Of a stretch of 64,000 nt of DNA, positions 48,447 through 59,072 are shown in pieces. The stretch is from assembly GCA_016710885.1 (NCBI GenBank), contig JADJUC010000002.1:181972-245971 (forward strand), given 5' to 3'. Position 1 is the stretch's first letter. Each line of letters begins with the position of its first letter. Under the pieces are notes generated by a model. That model saw only the letters and a program-made list of their open reading frames with translations. It had not been told where the DNA came from and made no database searches. The translations under genes were made by a program, and so were the position numbers. The stretch is from Candidatus Proximibacter danicus (GTDB lineage Bacteria > Pseudomonadota > Gammaproteobacteria > Burkholderiales > Rhodocyclaceae).

Positions 48447-49226
48447 ATGAAAAATGCATCGCCCCTATCGCAGAACCCGCAGCAAACCATCATCATCATT
48501 GCCCTGAGTATGCTGATCGCCGCCACCGGCATCGTCATCCTGGCGCAATACACCGATCTCGATCTGATCATCGCCGATTTTTATTTCGACCCGGTACGCA
48601 AGATTTTCCCCTGGGATCAGACCTGGTTCGGCAAGGATCTCATGCACGGTTACGTCAAAAACGTGATCGTCTGGTTCGGCTTCCTGCTCATTGCAAGCAC
48701 CCTGTTTGATTTGATCATGCCGCTGCGCCGCCTGACAGCGCTTGGCCGCCTCAAGCTGCGCTACCTGACACTGGCTGCAGTGCTGGAACCAATACTGGTT
48801 CGCTCACTCAAGGAAAACTCCAACCTGCACTGCCCACAAGGCATTGACCTCTATGGTGGCAAAGCACCGCTGCTGAAGTTGCTTGACTGGGTACCCGATG
48901 GCTGGAGTGCTGGGCATTGCTTCCCCGCCGGCCACGCCAGTGCCGGCATGTGGCTTTCCGCACTGGCCATCCTCTGGCTGCCCACCCACCCGCGCAAGGC
49001 GCTGGCCGGCTTTTTCGCCGGCCTCAGCGTCGGCCTGGCCATGGGCTGGGTACAACAGATGCGCGGCCAGCATTTCCTGTCGCACACGCTGGCTACTGCC
49101 TGGCTCAGCACCGCACTGCTGCTCTTGATACTCGCCGTGTTCTGGCGCCCGATGCAGCGTGCGCTCCAGCAGCGTGCCTTGACCGACACCCCTGAAACTG
49201 CACCCGCTCTGGCCTATCAGCAATGA
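48447..49226 (+). CDS. PAP2-family membrane phosphatase
   Basis: Multiple TM helices and acid-phosphatase motifs FPAGHAS and MRGQHFLSH. The stop overlaps the eptA-like start. Confidence 0.8.
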   Translation: MKNASPLSQNPQQTIIIIALSMLIAATGIVILAQYTDLDLIIADFYFDPVRKIFPWDQTWFGKDLMHGYVKNVIVWFGFLLIASTLFDLIMPLRRLTALGRLKLRYLTLAAVLEPILVRSLKENSNLHCPQGIDLYGGKAPLLKLLDWVPDGWSAGHCFPAGHASAGMWLSALAILWLPTHPRKALAGFFAGLSVGLAMGWVQQMRGQHFLSHTLATAWLSTALLLLILAVFWRPMQRALQQRALTDTPETAPALAYQQ

Positions 49227-50818
49227 TGACATTCACGCTCGGCATGAGGCAGCAACCAGCCCACCCGTTTTTGACGCGGATCGCACAGCAGATCAGCACA
49301 CGCCCGAAACTCGGCGCGGAAACGCTGATTCTCCTGATCTGCCTGTGGTTCACCGCCACCAGCAATTCTCTTTTCTGGCAAGCCGCCATGGAGCGGCAAA
49401 CCGGCAGCTGGACTGAGATAGCCCTTCACGGCGCTGCACTGGCACTGCTGCTGACCACGACTCATTTCCTGCTGCTGGCCTGCATCACCCTCCGGCGTGC
49501 AGCCAAGCCCTTGCTGGCCATTATCGTCGTGCTGACAACCTTTGCCAGCCACTACATGGGCAAGTACCACGTCTATCTCGACCCGGACATGCTGCGCAAC
49601 ATCCTGCGTACCGATTATCGTGAAGCCTCTGAGCTGTTCTCGTGGGGGATGATCCCGGCGCTCCTGGCCTATGCGTTACCTCCGCTCCTGTTGCTCGCCC
49701 GCGTCGACATCAAGCCACGGCCGCTGCTGCGCGCCACCGGCATCCGCCTGTTCAGCCTGCTGCTGGCGATGGCCCTTGCCGGTGCCGCCGGGTTCGCCAT
49801 TTTCAAGGATTTCTCATCGCTGATGCGCGAGAAAAAGGAAGTACGCTACCTGATCACACCGGCCAATTACCTGTACTCAAGCGTGCGAGCTGTCGCCAGC
49901 GACACGGCAACGGCCAGCAAGGAAAAAGTCCCAGTCGGCAGCGATGCCGTACTCTCGGCGGCCTGGGCGGAGCACAAGAAACCGGTGCTGATGGTTGTTG
50001 TCATCGGCGAAACGGCACGTTCCGCCAACTGGGGCTTGTCTGGCTATGCGCGGCAAACCACACCTGAACTGGCCGGGCTCAACGTCATCAACTTCAGCGA
50101 CGTCACCGCCTGCGGCACCAATACCGAAGTCTCGGTGCCCTGCATGCTCTCGCCCTACGGACGCAACAACTACGACGAAGCAAAAATCCGCGGCAGCGAG
50201 TCACTGCTGCATGTGCTGAAGCGTGCCGGGCTGCGCACCACCTGGATCGACAACCAGTCCGGCTGCAAGGGAACGTGCGATGGCCTCGAAAACTGGCGGC
50301 CGGATGCAAAACTGTCGCCGGCCGACTGCAACAGCGATGGCTGCCTGGACGGCGCCATGCTCGCCGGTGTTCGCCAATTGGCCGAAAATCATCGTGAAAG
50401 CCAGGTGATCTTCCTGCACACGCTGGGCAACCATGGCCCGGCTTATTCCAAGCGTTACCCCAAAGCGTTCCAGAAATTCCTGCCGGCGTGTGAATCCTCC
50501 GACCTCGGCAAATGCACGCAGCAGGAAATCGTCAACGCCTACGACAACGCACTGCTCTACACCGACCATGTACTCGCCCAGACCATCGCCTATCTCAAGA
50601 CCCAGCAGTCGAACTACGACACGGCGCTGCTCTACGTTTCCGTCTCGCTCGACACGCAATGCCTCCGTCAGCGTGCAGGCACGGCCATCAGCCATGACCA
50701 CCTCTTCCACACAACGCTGGCATTGCTCGATGTGCAAACCAGCGCACTCGACACCGCTTATGACTTCAGCACCGGATGCACCCCCGGCAACAAGGGAAAA
50801 ATGGCGGCCCATCATTAA
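49223..50818 (+). CDS. eptA: EptA/MCR-like phosphoethanolamine transferase lacking the DHGE segment
   Basis: Five TM helices and a sulfatase domain (VVVIGETARSANWGLSGY, TEVSVPCM, HTLGNHGPAY). The sequence YVS|VSLDTQCL jumps over the expected DHGESLGE...~40 residues. Confidence 0.8.
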   Translation: MMTFTLGMRQQPAHPFLTRIAQQISTRPKLGAETLILLICLWFTATSNSLFWQAAMERQTGSWTEIALHGAALALLLTTTHFLLLACITLRRAAKPLLAIIVVLTTFASHYMGKYHVYLDPDMLRNILRTDYREASELFSWGMIPALLAYALPPLLLLARVDIKPRPLLRATGIRLFSLLLAMALAGAAGFAIFKDFSSLMREKKEVRYLITPANYLYSSVRAVASDTATASKEKVPVGSDAVLSAAWAEHKKPVLMVVVIGETARSANWGLSGYARQTTPELAGLNVINFSDVTACGTNTEVSVPCMLSPYGRNNYDEAKIRGSESLLHVLKRAGLRTTWIDNQSGCKGTCDGLENWRPDAKLSPADCNSDGCLDGAMLAGVRQLAENHRESQVIFLHTLGNHGPAYSKRYPKAFQKFLPACESSDLGKCTQQEIVNAYDNALLYTDHVLAQTIAYLKTQQSNYDTALLYVSVSLDTQCLRQRAGTAISHDHLFHTTLALLDVQTSALDTAYDFSTGCTPGNKGKMAAHH

Positions 50819-50973
50819 GCCTGTGTCAGCTATCTCGCATCATGAGTCAACATACTCGCTGCCAAAGACGGCTTGCAGATTGACCCTTGCCACAATTGCG
50901 GTAAATATCTGACCGGAACCCTCTGCTGCCACCCAATGCCGGCAGCCATTCCCGGCTGACCAAGGATTGACCA

Positions 50974-51636
50974 ATGCGTGTATTGCTTGTTGAAGACGAC
51001 CCCCTGCTCGGCGACGGTATCCGCGCCGGGCTGAAGCTTGCTGACTACGCCGTCGACTGGGTGCAAGACGGCGATGCCGCACGGCTGGCGCTGCTCAGCC
51101 ATGACTACGATGCCTGCGTGCTCGACCTGGGTCTGCCGAAAAAAGATGGACTGGCCGTGCTCAAGGATTTGCGCAGCCGGGGCAAGACGCTGCCGGTACT
51201 GATTCTGACGGCACGTGACACCAACGCCGACAAGATTGCCGGGCTTGATGCTGGTGCCGACGACTACCTGACCAAACCCTTTGACCTCGGTGAATTGCAA
51301 GCACGCATGCGCGCCCTGATCCGCCGTGCCGCCGGCGCGGCGACGCCGGTGCTCACTCATGCCGGCGTCAGCCTCGACCCGGCCGGAAAACGGGTCACCA
51401 AAGATGGGCAGCCACTGCAACTGTCTGCCCGTGAATACGCGCTGCTACTCGATCTGATGACCAACCGGAACCAGCTCCGCACCCGCAGCCAGCTGGAAGA
51501 AAGCCTCAATGCCTGGGGCGAGGAAAAGGAAAGCAACACGGTCGAGGTTTACATCCACCACCTGCGCAAGAAGCTGGGCACGGATTTCATTCGCACCGTT
51601 CGTGGCCTTGGTTACCAGCTTGGAGATGCGCCATGA
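50974..51636 (+). CDS. OmpR-family response regulator (PmrA/BasR/QseB-like)
   Basis: MRVLLVEDDPLLGDGI...VLDLGLPKKDG...TKPF plus a winged-helix C-terminus ...TVRGLGYQL. Confidence 0.9.
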   Translation: MRVLLVEDDPLLGDGIRAGLKLADYAVDWVQDGDAARLALLSHDYDACVLDLGLPKKDGLAVLKDLRSRGKTLPVLILTARDTNADKIAGLDAGADDYLTKPFDLGELQARMRALIRRAAGAATPVLTHAGVSLDPAGKRVTKDGQPLQLSAREYALLLDLMTNRNQLRTRSQLEESLNAWGEEKESNTVEVYIHHLRKKLGTDFIRTVRGLGYQLGDAP

Positions 51637-53012
51637 GCGCCACCTTGTTCCGTACCCGCTCCCTGCGCTGGCGGCTGCTGCGCTGGGTGACGCTGACCAC
51701 GATCGTGATCTGGAGCCTGGCTGCCGCACTCAGTTACCACCAGGCACGTGCCGAAGTGCAGGAACTGATGGACGGGCAGATTGCCAAGATGGCGCGCCTG
51801 CTGCTGGCGCAGATCCATGAAGACACCGCTTACCTGAAGCGCCTGCCGGAAAACATGGCCAGCCTGCGCGGCACCAAATCGCGGCGCAGCGAACTGCCGC
51901 TGGAATTCCAGATCGGATACGCCGATGGCACGGTCCTCGTGCGCTCGCCCAAGGCGCCGGGAACACCGCTGACACGGTCGCTCGGCTACGCCAATGTTGA
52001 ACATGAAGGCAAACCGTGGCGTAGCCTGATGCTGGAAACAGCTGATGGCCGCTACCGGGTACAGGTTGCTCATTCCTTCCAGACCCGCGACCGGGAAGCC
52101 CTGGAAATCGCCACCAAGACGGTGCTGCCGCTGGCGCTGCTGCTGCCGCTGATGATCGCCTTGCTCTATTTTGCGATCCGGCGCGGTCTGAAACCACTGG
52201 ACGAGCTGGCTGACGATGTAGCTTCGCGCTCACCGGACAATCTGGCAACCTTGCAACCGGCCACCGAACTGCTTGAAACCCGGCCACTGGTCAGTTCGCT
52301 CAACCGACTACTCAGCCGGCTGGCTACCACCCTCGATAACGAACGTCGCTTTACTGCCGACGCAGCACATGAGCTGCGCACCCCGCTGGCAGCACTGAAG
52401 GTGCAGGCACAGGTGGCACTGGCCACCCGCGATCCGGAAGAAAGCCGGCACGCCATGGCGCAGGTACTGGCCGGCGCTGACCGCAGCACTCGACTGGTCG
52501 AACAGCTGCTGCGCCTCGCCCGCCTGGACCCGCTGGTGCAATTACCTGACCCGCAGCCGATCGACCTCGCCGACCTTGCGTACACCACGATCGAAAACGC
52601 CCGGGATGCGGCCTCCGCAAAACAACAGAAGTTGACACTGAGCGCACCTGAAAGTGGCCCGCAAATCAGCGGCGACCCGGATTTGCTGGCCGTGGTGCTG
52701 CGCAATCTGGTGGACAATGCACTCCGCTATACACCGGCTGGTGGCCATATCAGTGTCAGCACCGGGCTGGAGCACGGCACCCCGTTTATGGCGGTCACTG
52801 ACAACGGCCCCGGCGCCCCGGAAAAAGATCTGCCACGCCTTGGCAACCGCTTCTACCGCAGCAGCGAAGCTGGCGGCGAGGGTAGTGGGCTCGGCCTGGC
52901 CATCGTCGGCCGCATCGCCGAACTTCACGGTGCCCGGCTGCACCTGAGCAATGGCAGCCAGGGCGGATTCACTGCCCGGATCGATTGGCAAGTCTTGCCA
53001 CCCGCCCCTTAA
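51633..53012 (+). CDS. sensor histidine kinase (PmrB/BasS/QseC-like)
   Basis: Two TM helices, H-box FTADAAHELRTPL, and N/G boxes LRNLVDNALRY, DNGPGAP, GLGLAIV. It overlaps the regulator stop. Confidence 0.9.
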   Translation: MSATLFRTRSLRWRLLRWVTLTTIVIWSLAAALSYHQARAEVQELMDGQIAKMARLLLAQIHEDTAYLKRLPENMASLRGTKSRRSELPLEFQIGYADGTVLVRSPKAPGTPLTRSLGYANVEHEGKPWRSLMLETADGRYRVQVAHSFQTRDREALEIATKTVLPLALLLPLMIALLYFAIRRGLKPLDELADDVASRSPDNLATLQPATELLETRPLVSSLNRLLSRLATTLDNERRFTADAAHELRTPLAALKVQAQVALATRDPEESRHAMAQVLAGADRSTRLVEQLLRLARLDPLVQLPDPQPIDLADLAYTTIENARDAASAKQQKLTLSAPESGPQISGDPDLLAVVLRNLVDNALRYTPAGGHISVSTGLEHGTPFMAVTDNGPGAPEKDLPRLGNRFYRSSEAGGEGSGLGLAIVGRIAELHGARLHLSNGSQGGFTARIDWQVLPPAP

Positions 53013-53073
53013 GCCAGATTTCAGATTCGTTCGCCACAATGCGGCCGGGCATTGAAAAGCGAAGGAATCCGGC

Positions 53074-54798
53074 ATGGCGCAGGCAGCAGCACTCAATTGT
53101 TCAAGCAGCAAAAGCAGCAATACCGACTGGCGCGGGATTGGCCTCGTTTTTCTCTTCTTCTGGTACTTCTCTGGCGTGCACCACCTGCTGCTGCAGGCGA
53201 TTGATGCCATTTCCTTCGCTTCCTTCCGCCTAGCGACGGTGGCCAGCGCGCTGTGGCTGATTCCGGTCTTGCTTGCTCCCAAGTACACCCGCCAGATCAC
53301 TGCGGCGATCGGCCTTGTGCTCTGGGCCTTTTCGCTGATCAGCCTCGGCTACTTCTTCATCTATCACAACGAGTTTTCGCAGAGTGTTCTGTTCATCATC
53401 TTCGAATCCAACCCGGCGGAAGCGAGTGAATATGCAGCACAGTATTTTGCCTGGTGGATGCCCCCAGCCTTCTTCATCTACTCGCTGCTTGCGTGGCTGA
53501 TCTGGCGAAAGCTGCGCCCCCTGAGCATTTCCAGGAAACGGGCGGGGCTGATTATTGCGCTACTGGCGGGGATGCTTTTTGTGTACCCGCAGTACAAGCA
53601 TGTGCGGGGCGGCGTTATTTCATCAGCGGCCGCGGCAGAGAGCATTGTCAAACGCATGGAACCTGCCGTTCCCTGGCAGATCCTCGTCGGCTATTCGGAA
53701 TATCGACAGCAACTGGCTGCGGTAGAGGCACTGGTGGCGAAGAACAACGAAATCCCGCCAGTCAGCAATCTGAGCGACCCTAACGGCAGCACACCGAGCA
53801 CACTGGTGCTGGTCATCGGCGAATCAACCAACCGCCAGCACATGAGCCTCTATGGTTACCACCGCCAGACCACCCCGCGTCTCGATGCCCTGCGCCAGGA
53901 ACTGACCGTCTTCGAGAACGTGGTGGCATCCCGCCCCTACACCATCGAAACACTGCAGCAGGCGCTGACCTTTGCCGACCAGGAAAACCCGGATCTTTAC
54001 CTGAGCACACCCTCACTGATGAACATCATGAAGCAGGCGGGTTATCGCACCTACTGGATCACCAACCAGCAGACGATGACCCAGCGCAACACGATGCTCA
54101 CCAATTTTTCGAAACAGACCGATGAGCAGGTGTACCTGAACAACACCCGGGTACAGAATTCGCGCGCCTACGACGGTGCCGTACTCGACCCTTTCAGCAA
54201 GGTGCTGGCGGATGGCGTGGAAAAACGTTTCATCATCGTGCATCTGCTCGGTACACACATGCGCTACGAGTTCCGCTATCCGCCGGAAGACGAGTATTTC
54301 AAAGGCCGCGATGATCTGCCCGAGTGGGCCGACGCCGAGCGCACCCAGTTCATCAACGAATACGACAATGCCGTGCGCTATAACGACTTTGTCGTCAGCA
54401 GCCTGATCGAACGCCTGCGTGGCACGCAACTGAAAAGCCAGATGCTCTATTTTGCCGACCACGGCGAAGATGTCTTCGACACACCACCGCACAAATTTGT
54501 TGGTCGCGACGAAGCCAAGCCGACACCGGCGATGTACACCGTGCCCTTCCTGGTCTGGCAATCGGAGGCATGGCGCCAGGCGAACCCACAACCGCTTGCC
54601 GGCGTGACCCATCGTCCCTACCAGACCGCACACCTGATTCACACCTGGGCAGAACTTGTCGGCCTGTCATTTGACGGGCTGGATTCAAGCAAAAGCGTGA
54701 TCAGCCCGAAATTTCAGGAGCGGCCACTGCTCGTTGGCGATCCATCGGCCCCCAAGGGCTTGATCGACCTGCGGCCGCTGCTCAATCAGACAAAATAA
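53074..54798 (+). CDS. CptA/YbiP-like phosphoethanolamine transferase
   Basis: N-terminal TM helices and a sulfatase domain (LVLVIGESTNRQHMSLYGY, HLLGTHMRY, YFADHGED). Confidence 0.8.
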   Translation: MAQAAALNCSSSKSSNTDWRGIGLVFLFFWYFSGVHHLLLQAIDAISFASFRLATVASALWLIPVLLAPKYTRQITAAIGLVLWAFSLISLGYFFIYHNEFSQSVLFIIFESNPAEASEYAAQYFAWWMPPAFFIYSLLAWLIWRKLRPLSISRKRAGLIIALLAGMLFVYPQYKHVRGGVISSAAAAESIVKRMEPAVPWQILVGYSEYRQQLAAVEALVAKNNEIPPVSNLSDPNGSTPSTLVLVIGESTNRQHMSLYGYHRQTTPRLDALRQELTVFENVVASRPYTIETLQQALTFADQENPDLYLSTPSLMNIMKQAGYRTYWITNQQTMTQRNTMLTNFSKQTDEQVYLNNTRVQNSRAYDGAVLDPFSKVLADGVEKRFIIVHLLGTHMRYEFRYPPEDEYFKGRDDLPEWADAERTQFINEYDNAVRYNDFVVSSLIERLRGTQLKSQMLYFADHGEDVFDTPPHKFVGRDEAKPTPAMYTVPFLVWQSEAWRQANPQPLAGVTHRPYQTAHLIHTWAELVGLSFDGLDSSKSVISPKFQERPLLVGDPSAPKGLIDLRPLLNQTK

Positions 54799-54856
54799 TC
54801 ATCGAATAACCAAGGAGTTAACAAAGGCTCTTTCTTATTTCCGGCAATCGCAGATA

Positions 54857-55309
54857 ATGCGCGACATTTCCACCCGCAATTTTTCTGCGAGACCCCCGAT
54901 GGCACTCCTTCAGACCATCATCCGGACGGAAGACAATCGTGTCTTCTACGACATGCCCGAAAGCAGCCCCTGCACCGATTGTGGTGCCTGCTGCCGCCAT
55001 TTCCGGGTGTCCTTCTATCAGGGCGAGCTCGACAGCTTCAGTGGCGGCACGGTACCGGCAGCAATGACTTCGCCAGTGACGCCTTTTCTCGTCTGCATGC
55101 AAGGCACCGAATACGGCAAGGGGCGCTGCATCGCGCTGCAACCCGACAACCGCTGTGCCATTTACGAGAACCGCCCCAGCCCCTGCCGCGAATTTCCGGT
55201 TTATATGGAAGATGGTTCCCTGAACCCGAAATGTCTGGAGTTGCGCACCGGGCACGGCATCGGCCTGCCAGAACCGGATCAGCCGGAGCCACCACTCAAG
55301 GCTGCCTGA
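54857..55309 (+). CDS. YkgJ-family cysteine-cluster protein
   Basis: CTDCGACC...GRCIALQPDNRCAIYENRPSPCREF. Confidence 0.75.
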   Translation: MRDISTRNFSARPPMALLQTIIRTEDNRVFYDMPESSPCTDCGACCRHFRVSFYQGELDSFSGGTVPAAMTSPVTPFLVCMQGTEYGKGRCIALQPDNRCAIYENRPSPCREFPVYMEDGSLNPKCLELRTGHGIGLPEPDQPEPPLKAA

Positions 55310-57017
55310 GTTTTTCAAACGCCTCGTTTGTAGACAGAAAAACCTCGCCGGAAAGCACCGGCCACAGGGCAGATCGCTTCAATCTGTCTTGCACCGGCCC
55401 TTTCACTTCGGCCAGATGCATGCGGATGCCGCGGTCCTGCAGGTCTTCATTCAGTTCGGCAAACACATCGACGGCAGTGGAATCCATGCGATTGACCGCG
55501 CTCATCACCAGCACCAGATCGGTGACCGGGGCTGATTCACGCTGCAGATTCTCCAGTTCATGCAGCAAACGCGCCTCAACGGCGGCAAGGTTGCCGAAAA
55601 AAAGCTTTTCGTCGACGCGCAGGAAGAGCACACCGGGGATGGTTTCTACCTCGTAGCGCTCAACATTGCGGAAGTGCTCACTACCGGCAATGCGCCCCAT
55701 GACCGCCATATGTGGCTGACTGGAACGATAGAGCACGGTGCCGGTAGACAACACGATACCGGCCACGATGCCGATCTCCAGACCGAAGACCAGTACGCCC
55801 AACACCGTGCCGAGATAGGCAAAGGCATCAGCACGGTCGTAGGCCCAGGCCTGACGCAAGGTTTTGAGATCAACCATGGTCCAGGCCGCCATGATGATGC
55901 TGGCCGCCAGCACCGCCAGCGGCAGCCGCTCCAGCCAGTGCGCCAACCCGAGCACCACGGCAATCATGGTCAGCGCGGTGACAATGCTGGCCAGCGGCGT
56001 TTGTGCCCCGGCTGCCACATTCACCGCCGAGCGGGTCAGCCCGCCGCCGACCGGCATGCCGCCGTGGAAGGCAGCAACCACATTGGCCGCACCCAGCCCG
56101 AGCAGTTCGGCATTGGCATCAACACGTTCCCGACGCTTGATGGCCAGGGCCTGCGCGACCGCGATGCCCTGCACCATGCCAATCAGCGCCATGATCAAGG
56201 CCGGCAGCAACAGCGTTTTGATGCTGGCAAAAGTGGGCAGGAAAAAATCGAATCCGGGCAGGCCTTCAACCACATTACCGACCACCGCTACGCCAAAGCG
56301 CGAATCGAGTTCGAGGCCGATCACGGTCAGCGTACCCGCCAGCACCACCACCAGCGGCATGACGCGGATGACCACCACCGCGCGCACCGCGCTCATGCCG
56401 GCATGCACCAGCAGCGCACCGAGCCGGGCTTTTGACAGGACCAGCAGTAACAAAGCCCCCAGCCCCACAGCCAGCGTCGGCAGATGACTTTGCGCCAGAC
56501 CGTCGAACAATGCCGTCACCATCTGCCAGGTGTTACCACCGGCCACCGGAACCCCCAGCAAACGCCCGAGTTGGCTGATGACGATGAGTACTGCCGAACC
56601 GGAAACAAAACCGCTGATCACCGGCCGGCTGAGCAGTTGCGAAAGGAAGCCGAAGCGCAGCAGGCCGCAGGCCAGCATCACCGCCCCGGAAAGCAAAGAC
56701 AGGGCCGCCGCCAAGCTCAGATATTCGGGGGAGCCGGGCACTGCCAGCGGGCTGAGTACCGAATAGGTCATGATCGCCGTAATCGCCACCGGCCCCACCG
56801 CCTGCACCATGCTGCTGCCGAGCAGCGCATAGGCAATCACCGGAAAGATGCTGACATACAAGCCAAACTGCGGCGGCAAGCCGGCCAGCAGCGCGTAGGC
56901 CAGACTCTGCGGAATGACCAGCACGGCCACGATCAAGCCTGCCGAGAGGTCGGCAGAAAATTTGTCCTTCGAATAGTGGCTGGCCCAACGAGGCAACCAG
57001 CGTAAAGAAATCCTCAT
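55296..57017 (-). CDS. SulP-family anion transporter with C-terminal STAS domain
   Basis: Start moved to MRISLRWLPRWASHYSKDKFSADLSAGLIVAVLVIPQSLAYA. The STAS-like C-terminus reads ...VLVMSAVNRMDSTAVDVF. Confidence 0.9.
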   Translation of the reverse strand: MRISLRWLPRWASHYSKDKFSADLSAGLIVAVLVIPQSLAYALLAGLPPQFGLYVSIFPVIAYALLGSSMVQAVGPVAITAIMTYSVLSPLAVPGSPEYLSLAAALSLLSGAVMLACGLLRFGFLSQLLSRPVISGFVSGSAVLIVISQLGRLLGVPVAGGNTWQMVTALFDGLAQSHLPTLAVGLGALLLLVLSKARLGALLVHAGMSAVRAVVVIRVMPLVVVLAGTLTVIGLELDSRFGVAVVGNVVEGLPGFDFFLPTFASIKTLLLPALIMALIGMVQGIAVAQALAIKRRERVDANAELLGLGAANVVAAFHGGMPVGGGLTRSAVNVAAGAQTPLASIVTALTMIAVVLGLAHWLERLPLAVLAASIIMAAWTMVDLKTLRQAWAYDRADAFAYLGTVLGVLVFGLEIGIVAGIVLSTGTVLYRSSQPHMAVMGRIAGSEHFRNVERYEVETIPGVLFLRVDEKLFFGNLAAVEARLLHELENLQRESAPVTDLVLVMSAVNRMDSTAVDVFAELNEDLQDRGIRMHLAEVKGPVQDRLKRSALWPVLSGEVFLSTNEAFEKLRQP

Positions 57018-57144
57018 TGACGTAGCAGGCGGCGAGAAAGTTGGTGGGGCATCACTTGCGGCGGTATGGCACAAGGGTACTACGGAGCCAGCGCCAGCAT
57101 AACGCCTTCGAAAACATCACATACCGCAGGTGGTGCGTGCAGCA

Positions 57145-57822
57145 TCAGACCATCCCCCGCTCCGCCAGCGACAGCGGCGGCATCGTGCCGGCGACGATGA
57201 AGTGATCGAGCAGGCGCACATCGACCAGATTCAAGGCGTCCTTCAGCGCACGCGTCAGCGTTACATCAGCGCTTGAGGGTTCGGCTACCCCGGAGGGATG
57301 GTTGTGGGCGAGGATCACCGCCGCCGCATTGTGGGCAAGTGCCCGTTTCACCACTTCCCGCGGATAAACCGAGGTTTGCGTCAGCGTGCCGCGAAAAAGC
57401 TCTTCGGTCGCGATCAGTCGGTTCTGTGCGTCCAGCCACATGGCCAGAAAGACTTCGTGTGCGCGGCCACCGAGGATCAGGCGCAGGTAGTCGCGCACCG
57501 CTTGTGGCGAGGAAAGCAGTTCGCGGGCAGAGAGTTGTTCGCCCAGTGCGCGCTTGGCCATTTCAAGCACTGCCTGCAACTGCGCGTACTTGGCCTCACC
57601 CATGCCGGGCACGGCGGCAAATTCAGCCATCGATGCCGAGAACAACCGGTTCAGGCTGCCAAAGCGGGCGATCAACTCGCGCCCAAGATCAACCGCACTT
57701 TTCCCCTTCATGCCGACACGCAGGAAGATGGCCAGCAGTTCGGCATCCGAGAGCACGCCAGCCCCCTGCGCCAGCAGGCGTTCGCGCGGTCGCTCGTCCT
57801 CAGGCCAGTCGGTAATCGCCAT
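57145..57822 (-). CDS. radC: RadC-family JAMM-motif protein
   Basis: [17 protein letters not shown]...[20 protein letters not shown] at 57822. Confidence 0.9.
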   Translation of the reverse strand: MAITDWPEDERPRERLLAQGAGVLSDAELLAIFLRVGMKGKSAVDLGRELIARFGSLNRLFSASMAEFAAVPGMGEAKYAQLQAVLEMAKRALGEQLSARELLSSPQAVRDYLRLILGGRAHEVFLAMWLDAQNRLIATEELFRGTLTQTSVYPREVVKRALAHNAAAVILAHNHPSGVAEPSSADVTLTRALKDALNLVDVRLLDHFIVAGTMPPLSLAERGMV

Positions 57823-57874
57823 GCCGGTTTCCCTCACGTACAATGGATCGATCAAGCATTCTACCCAGATGACC

Positions 57875-59063
57875 ATGGAATTACAGGGCAAGCGCATCGT
57901 TCTCGGCATTACCGGCGGCATCGCGGCCTACAAGGCGGCCGAACTCACCCGCCTGCTCGGCAAGGCTGGCGCCACGGTACAGGTGGTGATGACCGCAGGC
58001 GCCACGCATTTCGTGACGCCGGTGACCTTCCAGGCACTGTCCGGGCGCACGGTCTATACCGACCAGTGGGACGGCCGCATCGCCAACAACATGGCGCATA
58101 TCGACCTCTCGCGCGAAGCCGACCTGATCCTCGTTGCGCCAGCTTCGGCCGATTTTCTGGCCAAGGTCGCGCACGGGCTGGCCGACGATCTGCTGACAAC
58201 CATGGTGCTGGCGCGCGACTGCCCGCTGCTGGCGGCCCCGGCGATGAACAAGCAGATGGGAAAACCCGGCCACGCAGCGCAACGTGGCGACACTGACCGT
58301 CGACGACGTGACCCTGCTCGGTCCCGGTTGCGGCGAGCAGGCCTGCGGCGAAACCGGCGACGGCCGCATGCTGGAGCCGGAAGAAATCGTCGAGGACCTG
58401 ATCGCCTTCCTGCAGCCCAAGCACCTCGCCGGCAAAAAAGTGCTGATCACCGCCGGCCCGACCTTCGAGGCCATCGACCCGGTGCGTGGCATCACCAATC
58501 TCTCGTCCGGCAAGATGGGCTTTGCCGTGGCGCGTGCCGCGCGTGAAGCCGGCGCCGAGGTAACGCTGGTTTGCGGCCCGGTGTCGCAGCCGACGCCGCG
58601 TGGCGTGACCCGCATCGACGTCACCGGCGCGCTGGAAATGCACGCGGCCGTGATGGTGCGGGCAGCAGCGCAGGATGTCTTTGTCGGTGTTGCGGCCGTT
58701 GCCGACTACCGGCCGCAAGCGGCAGCCGAGCACAAGATCAAGAAGGATGGCAGCGCTGCGCCAACAATCACGCTGGTCCAGAACCCGGACATCCTGGCCG
58801 AAGTCGCCGCTCTGCCCAACCCGCCGCTGTGTGTCGGCTTTGCCGCCGAGAGCCAGAACCTGGCCGAATACGCGCAGAAAAAACGGCTGGCCAAAAAGAT
58901 TCCGTTGATTGTCGGCAACCTGATCCAGCATGGTTTCGGCGGCGAGGACAACACGCTGGTCCTCTTCGACGAGACCGGCCAGACGCCGCTGCAGCCGGGG
59001 CCGAAATCCGAGCTTGCCCGTACGCTGGTCAGCCACATCGCCCGACAGCTGGATCGTCGCTGA
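57875..59063 (+). pseudogene. coaBC: bifunctional phosphopantothenoylcysteine decarboxylase/synthetase, interrupted by a 2-nt lesion as sequenced
   Basis: [20 protein letters not shown]...APAMNKQM in one frame. The sequence continues as (W)[12 protein letters not shown]... only if TG is restored after ATG at ~58258 (ATGTGGGAA versus the observed ATGGGAA). The remainder is ORF 58284..59063. Confidence 0.9.
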
Positions 59064-59072
59064 TCGCCCTGC

